64,000 nucleotides of DNA from an uncultured Gemmatimonadales bacterium (GTDB lineage Bacteria > Gemmatimonadota > Gemmatimonadetes > Longimicrobiales > RSA9): positions 192,001-256,000 of the forward strand of contig CAVUKA010000006.1 in NCBI GenBank assembly GCA_963741945.1. Direction: 5' to 3'. The position numbers and the translations under genes were made by a program. The notes beneath the pieces are model-generated. The model saw nothing but the letters and a program-made list of their open reading frames with translations, did no database searches and had not been told where the DNA came from. Of the stretch, positions 9,094 through 19,083 are shown piece by piece. Positions within the stretch are counted from its first letter, which is position 1. The number at the start of each line of letters is the position of its first letter.

Positions 9094-9109
9094 CGGAACG
9101 CGTTGTGCA
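9094..9109 (+). promoter_or_regulatory. Possible sigma54 (-24/-12) promoter
   Basis: CGGAACGCGTTGTGCA: GG-N10-GC upstream of the 9198 gene. Confidence 0.3.
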
Positions 9110-9197
9110 CGCCGCCGCCCCCGCAAATTCGGGCTCGGCCCACTCGAGCCTGGTGGACGAGGCGCGGCCGAGCCAACCCAATGGACTGGAGATTCTC

Positions 9198-9878
9198 ATG
9201 ACGAATCGAACCGCTCTTGCGACCGCGTTGGCATTGCCCATTGCCCTCGGTGCCTGCGCCGCCAACAGCGCCACCTTCGAGCCCGCGCCGGGAGCGCAGC
9301 CCGCGCCGGCCGCGGGCGGGGCCGTGGCCACGGATGCCGGCGTGCGGGTGGTGGCGGAGGGGAACGCGTGGACGGGACGCCCGGCGTCGCTCGATCAGAA
9401 GCTCACGCCTTTCCGGGTGCACGTGACGAACAACAGCACCCATCAGCTGCTCGTGCGGTTCCGGGATTTCCGGCTGGTCACACCCACGGGAGAGACGTAC
9501 TTCGCGCTGCCGCCCTTCCAGATCGACAAGCAGGTGACCCGGACCATCACGCCGGCCTACCCGTACACCGGCTTCGCCGTGGCGCCGTACCTGTCGCCCT
9601 ACTATCCGGACCTCACCGCTGCCGACCCGTTCCTCTTCGACGAGCCGTACTACTCCACGTACTGGCCCATCATCCAGCAGATCGAGCTGCCCACGGTCGA
9701 CATGGTCGACAAAGCGCTCCCCGCGGGGGTCCTCGAGCCGGGCGGCACGGTGAGCGGGTTCGTGTACTTCCAGCACGTGGACCCGAAGGCCGCTCGCGTC
9801 CGCCTGGTCATCGACCTGCCCCGGGCGAGCACACACGAGGACTTCGGAAAGGTCGAGATCCCGTTCGTCGTTCACTGA
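9198..9878 (+). CDS. Hypothetical lipoprotein (Ig-like, Tyr/Pro-rich insert)
   Basis: ATG 9198 with GGAG SD, lipobox LGAC, GVLEPGGTVSGFVYF. Confidence 0.7.
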   Translation: MTNRTALATALALPIALGACAANSATFEPAPGAQPAPAAGGAVATDAGVRVVAEGNAWTGRPASLDQKLTPFRVHVTNNSTHQLLVRFRDFRLVTPTGETYFALPPFQIDKQVTRTITPAYPYTGFAVAPYLSPYYPDLTAADPFLFDEPYYSTYWPIIQQIELPTVDMVDKALPAGVLEPGGTVSGFVYFQHVDPKAARVRLVIDLPRASTHEDFGKVEIPFVVH

Positions 9879-9984
9879 CCGGGGGAACCCCACCGAGGCA
9901 GACCGGCCCGCCAGCGCCCTCGGAAATCCCCGAGCGTCGCTGGCGGGCCCGTTCGTTCCCCGAGCGCCCCCGCGTGCCGGCGGA

Positions 9985-10335
9985 TCACCGGAACCTGTGG
10001 GCGAATACGGCTACGCTCGAGAGCCGGATCTCGCGCTCCACGTCCAGCTTCACGAACGCGTTGTCGCCCACGCGCACCGGAGCTTCCCCGTGGGCGCGAG
10101 CATCCCGGGCCGCAGCGGGAAGAGCTCCGTCCCCAGCGCCTCCACCCGCCCCAGCCGGTGTGCTGCCTCGGACCGCGTACACACTCACCGCCTCCCAGCT
10201 CCGGTTGTGAACCTGCACTACCTGCTGATCCGCCCCCGGCACCAGCTCGCTGCTCGTTGATGCTCCTCCCGTGGCGCAGCCCGCCACCACGATCATGGCT
10301 GCGAGTGAGGCCGCTTTCCCTGTGATCGACTTCAT
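9985..10335 (-). CDS. Small lipoprotein with an apparent internal compensated frameshift (possibly degenerate)
   Basis: AGGAGG SD, lipobox VAGC; 10157-10077 fits a different frame much better (see findings). Confidence 0.55.
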   Translation of the reverse strand: MKSITGKAASLAAMIVVAGCATGGASTSSELVPGADQQVVQVHNRSWEAVSVYAVRGSTPAGAGGGAGDGALPAAARDARAHGEAPVRVGDNAFVKLDVEREIRLSSVAVFAHRFR

Positions 10336-10353
10336 GGCCAGTCCTCCTGGTAC

Positions 10354-10386
10354 AAAGAAAGAGGCGCCGTGCCTACGGCGCCTCTT
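10354..10386 (-). terminator. Intrinsic-terminator-like hairpin in the leader of the 10335 gene
   Basis: Perfect 12-bp stem AAGAGGCGCCGT/ACGGCGCCTCTT with a 4-nt loop, followed on the minus strand by a U-rich tail (TCTTT). Confidence 0.55.
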
Positions 10387-10424
10387 CGATTCCTCTCCCC
10401 GAGAATCCACCTCGTCACCCGGAG

Positions 10425-10441
10425 CGCAGGAGGTGTTCCAA
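10425..10441 (-). promoter_or_regulatory. Probable sigma54 promoter
   Basis: TTGGAACACCTCCTGCG = TGG-N10-GC. Confidence 0.45.
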
Positions 10442-10585
10442 CGCAGATTCAATCAATGGAGCCCCTCCGATAGCCCCGTTTCAGTCCGGTTCTTGCGTTG
10501 CCGCGCGGCGCAGCAGACAACCCTGCAGGGCGACGCCGCGCTCCAGCGCGCGCGTCGCCTGTTTCACATCCAGCCGGAGGTCTCA

Positions 10586-13500
10586 ATGCTCGCCAAGCTG
10601 CCGATGCTCACCGACGTCCTGCGCCGCTGGCCCGTGGTGCGCCAGTTGTCCGAAGCGGGACTGGGGAACGCGGCCATATCGGAGCGGACGCGCAGGATGC
10701 GCTCACGTCTGTCGGGCGAGGACGTGGAGACAGTGGCGAGCGTCTGTCCATACTGCGCCGTGGGGTGTGGAACGCTGGTCCACAAGCGCAGCGACCAGAT
10801 CATTGACATCGAGGGCGACCCGGAGAGCCCGATCAACGAGGGCACGCTCTGTCCGAAGGGCGCGGACATCTTCCAGTACTCGGTGAACCCGCAGCGCCGG
10901 ACGAAGGCGCTGTACCGGCGTCCGTACGGGACGGAGTGGGAGGAGGTGGAGCTGGAGTGGGCGATGGACCGGATCGCCGAGCGGTTCAAGGAGACGCGGG
11001 ACCGGACCTTCCGGATGGAGGACGAGGACGGCAACCCGGTGCGCAGCACGGAAGCGATCGGCTTCCTGGGTGGTGCGGCGCTGGACAACGAGGAGAACTA
11101 TCTGATCAAGAAGTTCTGCATCGGCACCGGGATCACGTTCGTGGAGAATCAGGCGCGAATATGACACAGCGCCACAGTCCCCGGTCTGGGGACACCGATG
11201 GGGCGGGGCGGAGCGACGACGTTCCTCATGGACCTCCAGAACGCGGACTGCGTGATGATCATGGGGTCCAACTTCGCCGAGTGTCATCCGGTGGGCTACC
11301 GGTTCGTGATGCGGGCGAGGGAGCGGGGGGGCGAGGTGATCCACGTGGACCCGCGCTTCACGCGCACCTCGGCCACGGCCACGCAGTACGCGCAGATCCG
11401 GGCCGGTACGGACATCGCCTTCCTGGGTGGGCTGATCAACCACGTCATCAACAGCGAGCGCTGGAACACGGACCCGTTCTTCAGGGAGTACGTGGTCCAC
11501 TACACGAACGCGGCCACCCTGGTACACCGTGACTTCCAGGACGTGGCCGAGCTGGGCGGCTGGTTCTCCGGCTGGAATCAGGGCGCCGGAAGCTACGACT
11601 ACAGCACGTGGCAGTACGAGGGGCAGGAGCGCGTCGCACAGAAGGACTCCGAGGGCGAGGAGCCCATTGGCAGCGTGCCGTCGTGGGCCACCGGCCCCAC
11701 CACGGGCTGGACCACGGACGGGAGCGCGCCCGCGGACGAGACGCTGCAGCACGAGCGCTGCGTCTTCCAGGTGCTGAAGCGGCATTTCTCGCAGTACACG
11801 CCCGAGAAGGTGGAGGAGATCACGGGTGTGCCGGCGGAGAAGGTGATGGAAGTCGCGGAGACGCTGCTGCGGAACTCGGGGCGGGAGCGCACGTCCGCGA
11901 TCGCGTACGCCGTGGGGTGGACCCACCATACGGTGGGGCCACAGATCATCGCATGCGCGGCGCTGCTCCAGCTCCTGCTGGGGAACATCGGGCGCCCGGG
12001 CGGCGGGATCCAGGCGCTGCGCGGCCACGCCACGATCCAGGGCTCCACGGACATCCCCACGCTCTACGACCTGCTCCCCGGCTATCTGAACATGCCGTCG
12101 AGCGATCCGATCCACGAGACGTTCGAGGACTACGTCGGGAACGAGAAGTCCGCGGAGGGGCTGTGGGCCGACACGCGCGCGTTCACGGTGTCGCTGCTGA
12201 AGGCGTGGTTCGGTGAGCATGCCACCGCGGAGAACGGGTGGGGCTACCACTGGCTCCCGCGGATCACCGGCGACCTCTCGCACCTGCCCATGTTCCTGCG
12301 CATGCACGAGGGGGGCGTACAGGGGCTGTTCCTGATGGGGCAGAACCCGGCGGTGGGCGGTCAGAACGCAGGCTTCCAGCGGGAAGCGCTGGGTAAGCTG
12401 GACTGGCTCGTGGTACGCGATTTCTTCGAGGTGGAGTCCGCCAGCTTCTGGAAGGACTCGCCGGAAGTCATGGCCGGGGAGCTGTCGCCGGAGGAGATCG
12501 GCACGGAGGTGTTCCTGCTCCCGGCGGCCGGGGTGCCGGAGAAGAACGGGTCGTTCACGAACACGCAGCGGCTGATCCAGTGGCACCACAAGGCCATCGA
12601 GCCGCCGGGCGACTGCCGCAGCGAGACGTGGTTCATGCACCACCTCATGATGCGCCTGAAGCGGGCGTACGCGGGCTCGACGGAGGCGAAGGACGAGCCG
12701 ATCCGCCGGATCACGTGGGACTGGCCCACGCACGGTCCGCACGATGAGCCGGTGGTCGACTACGTGCTGCGGGAGATCAACGGCTTCGAATGGTCTCCCA
12801 CCTGGGAGGGCCGCAGGCAGCTCGACTCCTACAAGAAGCTGAAGGATGACGGGTCCACGGCGTCGGGCTGCTGGATCTATTGTGGCGTCCACGACGGGCG
12901 GAACCGCGCGGCGAGCAGGGAGAAGGGGAACGCGTGGGTAGCCGAGGACTGGGGCTTCGCGTGGCCCGGCAACATCCGCATGCTGTACAACCGGTGCTCC
13001 GCCGACAAGAACGGGCAGCCGTGGTCGGAGCGGAAGAAGTACATGTGGTGGGATCCGGAGCAGGGGAAGTGGGCCGGGTACGACCAGGCGGACTTCGGCG
13101 ACACCAAGGCTCCGAGCTACCGTCCGCCCGACGGCGCCACGGGCATGGACGCCATCGGGGGCGACTCGCCGTTCATCCTGAAGCCGCACGGAAAGGCCTG
13201 GCTCTTCTTCCCCTTCGGCATGAGCGACGGTCCGCTCCCGACGCACTACGAGCCGTGGGAGACGCCCGTCCACAACGCGCTGTATCCGGAGCAGGAGCGG
13301 AACCCGGCGACGAAGCGCTGGCCGAGGCCGGGCAACCCGTACCACGATGTCGGGGACCCTCGCTTCCCGTACGTGCTCACCACGTATCGGCTCACCGAGC
13401 ACCACACGGGCGGCGGCATGACCCGCTGGAACTCCTGGCTGGCCGAGCTCCAGCCGGGCGCGTTCGTGGAGATCAGCCCCGAGCTGGCGGCCGAGAAGGG

Positions 13501-13882
13501 GATCGAGCCCGGAGGCTGGATGACCGTGGTCACCGCCCGCGGCGAGGCCGAGGCGCGCGCCATGGTGACGCGTCGCATGAAGCCGCTCACGGTGGGCGGC
13601 CGGACCATTCATCAGGTCGGGTTCCCCTGGCACTTCGGCTACGGCGGCATCGCCCGGGGCGGCACGGCGAACAATGTGGTGTCGATCGTCGCGGAGCCGA
13701 ACGTCAGCATCCACGAGGGCAAGGTCCTCACGTGCGATGTCCGGCCGGGCCGCGCCCGGCAGGGCCGGAAAGCCGGCCGCGGGTTCACGCGGTCGGAACA
13801 CGGCGGAGCCGAGAAGGCGGATCCACCGGAGCCGCCTCGCAGCCGGAGCGGCGCGGACCGGCCGGAGGGAGGGAACGAATGA
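10586..13882 (+). CDS. fdhA: Selenocysteine-containing formate dehydrogenase alpha subunit (Mo/W-bisPGD, FdnG/FdoG-like), UGA at 11162-11164
   Basis: GGAGG SD plus ATG 10586; CPYCAVGC...CPKG 4Fe-4S motif; ENQARI-UGA-HSATV continues in frame into the 11198 ORF; ALRGH, EKNGSFTN, TTYRLTEH. Confidence 0.93.
11165..11194 (+). promoter_or_regulatory. Bacterial SECIS element (fdh)
   Basis: Hairpin GTCCCC-GGTCT-GGGGAC beginning 12 nt after the UGA; GGUCU loop resembles the E. coli fdhF SECIS loop. Confidence 0.85.
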
Positions 13883-15252
13883 ACACGCCCTTCGACAGGT
13901 ACGTCCGCGCAGAGCGGCAGCACGGCGTAGCACCCACCCGCCTGGAAGCGGAGCCGGGGGCGCGAACCACCGCATTCGAACGGCCGGACGGGCGGGCCTA
14001 CGTGGGCGCGCCGCCCCACGGCTCGAACTGGGACGTGGACGCCGTGGTCCCGCTGCTCCAGGAAGCACAGCGCACCGCCGGCGTCACCATCGAGCCGGGC
14101 CGCGCCTACGGATTCTTTACGGACACCACGCTCTGCATCGGCTGCAAGGCGTGCGAGGTGGCATGCAAGCAGTGGAACCAGCTGCCGGCCGAGCCACCGC
14201 ACCTCACCGGCCTCTCCTACGACAACACCCGCTCCTTCTCGGCCACCACGTGGCGGCACGTCCGCTTCATCGAACAGATCGAGCCGGGGCGATTCGGGCC
14301 ACGCGAAGGGGCGAAGGGCGCGAAGAACGGCGCGCCACGTGGAGGGGCGAAGAACGGTGGTAATGGGCAGGCCGGTGGCGATGGGCGCGCGGAGTCGCGC
14401 GCGGACGTCGGCGCACCGGGTGACCGCGGGGCGCGCGGTCACTTCTACGGCGGCGGCCACCGTGGCGAGCTGCCGGAACCGCGCTCCGCGGGGCTGGAAG
14501 GTCGGGATACGGAGGAGGTGGGCCGGGACCAGCTGCGGCTGGACGATCCGGCAGAGGGGCGGAACCGGTCGGCGGCGTGGGCGAGGTCGCACATCCCGGC
14601 ATCGTTCGAGCCGTGGGGGAACCTGACGAGCAGTGAGGCGTGGTCGGACCCGGCGTCGCGCTGGCTGCTCATGAGCGACGTGTGCAAGCACTGCGTCCAT
14701 GCGCCATGCATGGAGGCGTGTCCCACGGGCTCGCTGATCCGGACCGAGTTCGACAGCGTGTTCGTGCAGCAGGACGTGTGCAACGGCTGCGGATACTGCC
14801 AGAGCGCGTGCCCGTTCGGTGTGATCGAGGTGGACAAGGAGGGCGACGGAAAGGCGCACAAGTGCACCCTCTGCTATGACCGGCTCAAGGATGGCCTGGA
14901 GCCAGCGTGCGCGAAGGCGTGCCCCACCGACTCGATCCAGTTCGGTGCCGTGGAAGACCTGCTCGAGCGCGCACGCGTGCGCGTGGCCGAGCTCCGCGAC
15001 CGGGGGATCCCCGCCTACCTCTACGGCAGCGGCGGGGTGCTGGAGGACGATTGCGACACGTCCGAGCTCGGAGGCCTCAACTGTTTCTTCCTCCTGGTCG
15101 ACCGGCCGGAGGTCTACAACCTGCCGCCGGTGGCGAAGCGGCCGTCGGATCGCACGGCTTCGGGTCTCGCGTCGGGGCTCCTGGCCGCCGCGGCATTCAC
15201 CGCCGCCACCATGCTGGCTCTGCGCAGCGGGAAAGAAGGGAGCGGCTCATGA
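13879..15252 (+). CDS. Formate dehydrogenase iron-sulfur (beta) subunit with a long low-complexity insertion and C-terminal TM helix
   Basis: ATGA overlap; CIGCKACEVAC, CKHCVHAPCMEACP, CNGCGYCQSACP, CTLC...CAKACP. Confidence 0.9.
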   Translation: MNTPFDRYVRAERQHGVAPTRLEAEPGARTTAFERPDGRAYVGAPPHGSNWDVDAVVPLLQEAQRTAGVTIEPGRAYGFFTDTTLCIGCKACEVACKQWNQLPAEPPHLTGLSYDNTRSFSATTWRHVRFIEQIEPGRFGPREGAKGAKNGAPRGGAKNGGNGQAGGDGRAESRADVGAPGDRGARGHFYGGGHRGELPEPRSAGLEGRDTEEVGRDQLRLDDPAEGRNRSAAWARSHIPASFEPWGNLTSSEAWSDPASRWLLMSDVCKHCVHAPCMEACPTGSLIRTEFDSVFVQQDVCNGCGYCQSACPFGVIEVDKEGDGKAHKCTLCYDRLKDGLEPACAKACPTDSIQFGAVEDLLERARVRVAELRDRGIPAYLYGSGGVLEDDCDTSELGGLNCFFLLVDRPEVYNLPPVAKRPSDRTASGLASGLLAAAAFTAATMLALRSGKEGSGS

Positions 15253-16469
15253 GCGACGTGCTGTACGGCCGGAAAGTGCCCTACGGGAAGAAGGGGATCG
15301 GACGCCTGCGCCCCACGGGCGATCAGACCGACGCGCAGGTCGCCGAACCCGCGCGCTCCGGCCCGCTCGCCGGAACGGGGCACGTGACGTACCACGGGGT
15401 GCCGCCGGTGAAGCGCGCGCCGTTCCAGATCCCCTACATCCCTCTCTACTTCTGGGTCGGCGGGCTGGCGGCGGGGAGCTGGCTGGCCGTCACCGCGGAA
15501 TCGTGGACGGGCGAGGAGGACCGCGACCTGGTTCGCGCGGGGCGCTACGTCACCGTCGGATCCGTCCTCGCCGGCACCGGACTCCTCATCAAGGACCTGG
15601 GCCGGCCCGACCGCTTCCTCAACATGCTCCGCGTCTTCCGTCCCCGCTCGCCCATGAGCCTCGGCTCCTGGGCGCTGTCCACGTTCGGTGGCTACGCCGG
15701 CGCGGCCGCGCTGCTGCAGGCGGCGGAGGATGGCTGGTTCGGCGACCGGCCACGCGTCGCCCGGCTCTCGAGCGGGCTGACGGGACGGATGCTCCACCTG
15801 GTGGGGCTCCCGGCCGCGCTGTTCGTGGGCAGCTACACGGGGGTCCTGCTCTCGGCCACCTCCACACCCAGCTGGGCCACGCGCAACGGCACCCTCGCTC
15901 GCCTGTTCGTGGCATCCGCGACGTCCAGCGGCCTGGCTGCGGTCTCCGCCGTCCTCGAGGCCGGTGGCGGGACTCCGTCCCGGACGGCGGGGCGTCTCGC
16001 CCGTGCGCAGGCCACCGCCCTCGGGGCCGAAGGGGCGCTGCACCTCATGGACCTCCGCGAGGCGAAGCGGATGCCGTCGTGGCAGGAGGAGAATGGCTGG
16101 GTGAAGGCGCTGACGACCGCCACACTGGCGGCCGGGATCGCGCTCCCGCTCCTGCTCAACCTGGCCGAGGCACGGCAGGCGCGGCGCACCGGGGGCGAGG
16201 AGAAGGCGGAGGACGAGCCGGGCGGAGGCGAGCGCCGCAGGTCGGGGCGGCGCCTGCTGGCCGCCGGGCTCGCCCTTGCCGGGAGTCTCGCCCTCCGCTT
16301 CACGACCGTGAAGGAGGGCAACCGTTCGGCCAGCACCCCCGCGGACACCTGGGCCTACGCCGGCGATGGTCGCGCTCGTGGCCCGGCCGAAGCGCCAGGC
16401 CAGGACCGGCGGGGATGGACGGGTGGACGAAGCCGCCACGAGGAGGAGCAGACCGATGCCGAAGCGTAG
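15249..16469 (+). CDS. NrfD/PsrC-family membrane anchor subunit
   Basis: ATGA overlap; IPLYFWVGGLA, DLGRPDRFLNML, SPMSLGSW, YTGVLL, TPSW. Confidence 0.88.
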   Translation: MSDVLYGRKVPYGKKGIGRLRPTGDQTDAQVAEPARSGPLAGTGHVTYHGVPPVKRAPFQIPYIPLYFWVGGLAAGSWLAVTAESWTGEEDRDLVRAGRYVTVGSVLAGTGLLIKDLGRPDRFLNMLRVFRPRSPMSLGSWALSTFGGYAGAAALLQAAEDGWFGDRPRVARLSSGLTGRMLHLVGLPAALFVGSYTGVLLSATSTPSWATRNGTLARLFVASATSSGLAAVSAVLEAGGGTPSRTAGRLARAQATALGAEGALHLMDLREAKRMPSWQEENGWVKALTTATLAAGIALPLLLNLAEARQARRTGGEEKAEDEPGGGERRRSGRRLLAAGLALAGSLALRFTTVKEGNRSASTPADTWAYAGDGRARGPAEAPGQDRRGWTGGRSRHEEEQTDAEA

Positions 16470-16731
16470 CCGCAGCCGGTACAGCGCGCCGCCGCCCCCA
16501 CCGCCGCCTCGGGAGGGGAGGCTGGAGGGGCGAATCACGATCGTGCAGGAGGACCGCTTCCGGCTGATGGACGGCGACGGCCGTGGCTACCTCTTCATCA
16601 CGCGGAAGCGCGCCGCTTCCCTGGACGACCTCGAGTATTGGCGCGATTCAGGGACGCGCGTGGCGGTGAGCTTCCGGGGCGTTCCCGACATCGGGGCGCT
16701 GGCGCACCATGTTCTACCCGCGAGTGATTGA
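16456..16731 (+). CDS. Small hypothetical protein, last gene of the fdh operon
   Basis: AGGAGGAG SD, overlaps the end of the NrfD gene; GRITIVQEDRFRL core. Confidence 0.65.
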   Translation: MPKRSRSRYSAPPPPPPPREGRLEGRITIVQEDRFRLMDGDGRGYLFITRKRAASLDDLEYWRDSGTRVAVSFRGVPDIGALAHHVLPASD

Positions 16732-18186
16732 CTGCCGCTCGCGCGCCGGCACGCCGGCCGGGGTGTCCCGGAGTCGCCGGAGCACCGATCGGGCGGCGTG
16801 ATAGCCGCACATGCCGTGTACGGCGCCGCCGGGTGGTGTGGCGGCGGAGCAGAGGTACAGGCCGGCGGCCGGCGTCGCGTACGGATGGAGGCTGGGCACC
16901 GGGCGGAAGAGAAACTGCCTCACGTCCTGGACCCCGCCGTTGATGTCCCCGCCCACCAGGTTGGCGTCGTGGTCCTCGAGCTGGCGCGTGTTCATGGTGC
17001 TGCGGGCCAGGATCGTGTCCCGGAACCCGGGAGCGAATCGTTCGATCTGCCGCTCCACGGGCCCCGTCATGTCCTCCGTCGACCCGTGCGGGACGTGGCA
17101 GTAGCCCCAGGCCGTGTGCTTCCCCGCCGGGGCGCGGGACGAATCGAACAGGCTCGGCTGCGCCACCAGCACGAAGGGCGCGTCATCGGGGCGACGGTAC
17201 CAGGCGGCTGCGGCCGAGTGCGCGATGGCCTCGGCGCTCCCCCCGACATGGACGGTGCCCGCCCGCCGGCACCCTTCCGCAGTCCACGGAATCGGCTCCG
17301 ACAGGGCCCAGTCCAGCTTGAAGACGCCTGGCGCGTACCGGTACCGTCGGAGGCGGCGGCGATAGCCTTCCGGCAGCCGGTGCCCGGCCACCTCCAGGAC
17401 CTGGCGAGGCGTCAGGTCGAGTACAGTGGCCCGGGCGGAGGGGAGGCTGTCCACGTCATCGACGCGCGATCCGGTCAGGATCGCGCCGCCGTATTGCCGG
17501 AGCAGCCCGGCCAGCGCGTCCGCGATGGCCTGGGAGCCACCCCGTGCGATGGGCCAGCCGGCGCCGTGTCCCGCCAGCGCGAGCATGATGCCGAATGCCG
17601 CCGACGGTGACCGGTCCAGCGGGAGCAGGGTGTGGCCGGCGATCCCGACGAAGAAGGCCCGGGCGCGGTCGCCGTCGAAGACGCGCCGGCTCAGGCCCAT
17701 GGCCGACTGGAAGCCGAGCACCCCCAGTCGCGCCATGAGAAGGGGGCGCGCCGGGATGTGCAGCGGAGGGGCAAGCGCTTCCTCCAGGAGGGTCTGCCAG
17801 CGGCGTACGAATGGGTCCATGAGCCGCTGGTACGCCCTTCGATCCTGCCCCAGCGTGGTTCCCGTCTCGGCGGTGGAGCCCAGGAGGAGGGCGGCCGTGC
17901 CATCGTCGAACGGGTGCGCCATGAGCACGGGCGGATGGATCCACTCGAGCCCGTGATCGCTCAGTGGAAGCGTCCGGAAGAACGGGGACCCGATGCCCAT
18001 CGGGTGCACGGCCGAGCACACGTCGTGGCGGAACCCCGGCAGCGTCAGCTCCTCGGTGCGCGTGCCACCGCCGATTCGTGCCGCCGCCTCGTGGACCGTT
18101 ACCCCCAGCCCCGCCCGCGCCAGCGCCACGGCCGCAGCAAGCCCGTTCGGGCCCGCTCCGACGACGACTACGTCTTCTTGCGCCAC
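16714..18186 (-). CDS. Phytoene-desaturase-like FAD-dependent oxidoreductase
   Basis: GTG 18186; VVVGAGPNG Rossmann motif, HDVCSAVHP, GGDING, TPPGGAVHGMCG. Confidence 0.88.
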   Translation of the reverse strand: MAQEDVVVVGAGPNGLAAAVALARAGLGVTVHEAAARIGGGTRTEELTLPGFRHDVCSAVHPMGIGSPFFRTLPLSDHGLEWIHPPVLMAHPFDDGTAALLLGSTAETGTTLGQDRRAYQRLMDPFVRRWQTLLEEALAPPLHIPARPLLMARLGVLGFQSAMGLSRRVFDGDRARAFFVGIAGHTLLPLDRSPSAAFGIMLALAGHGAGWPIARGGSQAIADALAGLLRQYGGAILTGSRVDDVDSLPSARATVLDLTPRQVLEVAGHRLPEGYRRRLRRYRYAPGVFKLDWALSEPIPWTAEGCRRAGTVHVGGSAEAIAHSAAAAWYRRPDDAPFVLVAQPSLFDSSRAPAGKHTAWGYCHVPHGSTEDMTGPVERQIERFAPGFRDTILARSTMNTRQLEDHDANLVGGDINGGVQDVRQFLFRPVPSLHPYATPAAGLYLCSAATPPGGAVHGMCGYHAARSVLRRLRDTPAGVPARERQSITRG

Positions 18187-18534
18187 GCCACCTTCGCTCT
18201 CTCCACGGGCGAATGCCGGGGGCCCCGCCCGTACAGGAGCGCGGTGCCGAACCCGAACGCCAGCGGGGCCGTAGCCAGCATGATCTCCACCCGGATCGGC
18301 CGGTCGCTGGGATGCGCCTCGCTTCCGGACAGGACCGCGGCCCCCCAGCGCGGGAACGTGATGGCGTGGCTCCCCCACGCTTTCCGGCCGGATCTGCCGG
18401 CGCAAGTCCGGGGCCGGCGCCGGCGTGCAGCCGCCCATGGCTCGCGCCATGCGCCTCCCGGCACGCCTCTTCCATCCGCCCATGCCCGCAGGTCGACCAT
18501 GGCCCGATCCGACGCACCGAACACCGAGAGGCCC

Positions 18535-19083
18535 ATGCAGTGCAGCCCGCCGGCAGCGCTCCGGCCGACCCGGAGCTTGATCGTCGTCACGGCACTCACC
18601 ATCGCGCTGATGGCGCAAGTCAACGGCGCCAGGGCGCAGGTGCTCCCCACAGTGGCCGGAGCGGCCGGCGGGCTGGTCGCCGGCGGGATCGTCACCCTGA
18701 GCACCGCGGTGGCGCGCACCACGTTCACTTCGCTGTACGTCACCGACGTTCGCGACCTGGTCGGGTTCACGGGCATCCCGCTCGTGGCCGGTCCCGTTAC
18801 CGGAGCCACGCTGGGCCTGCTCGGTTCCGACATTCTCGCGGGCGCCACCGTCGGCGGGATCACGGGAATGGCGGGGGGGATCGTGATCGGCGCCGTGATA
18901 GGGAAGCTGCTCACGCCCGAGCCGGACGGTCCCTGGATCGGCGGCGAGATCGGCGCGGGCGCCGGGCTCCTGCTGGGCGCCGCGGTGGGCGGACTCCTGA
19001 GGGCCACCCGCCGTGGCGGCGGCACCCCTTCAGACCCTGGCGCCGCCGCCCGGATCCCGGTCGCCGTGACGATCCGATTCTGA
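18535..19083 (+). CDS. Secreted/membrane glycine-zipper-like protein
   Basis: Signal peptide ending ARA-Q; repeated GxxxG hydrophobic helices; C-terminal VAVTIRF. Confidence 0.6.
   Translation: MQCSPPAALRPTRSLIVVTALTIALMAQVNGARAQVLPTVAGAAGGLVAGGIVTLSTAVARTTFTSLYVTDVRDLVGFTGIPLVAGPVTGATLGLLGSDILAGATVGGITGMAGGIVIGAVIGKLLTPEPDGPWIGGEIGAGAGLLLGAAVGGLLRATRRGGGTPSDPGAAARIPVAVTIRF

Noticed and set aside
10271-11164. Treating fdh alpha as two genes or a pseudogene
   Set aside because: The stop falls exactly at the Sec position and is followed by a SECIS.
10703-14068. Very long antisense ORFs (also 7361-9331, 25644-28223, 33921-35798, 40801-43071, 53498-55987)
   Set aside because: They mirror well-supported genes on the opposite strand, as expected in high-GC DNA, and show no recognisable motifs.
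18168-18420. Possible remnant membrane-protein gene (…IMLATAPLAFGFGTALLYG…) on the minus strand
   Set aside because: No credible start or SD and too short to support without a homology search.
18459-18475. Sigma54-like CGGCACGCCTCTTCCA
   Set aside because: The nearly invariant G of the -12 GC is missing.
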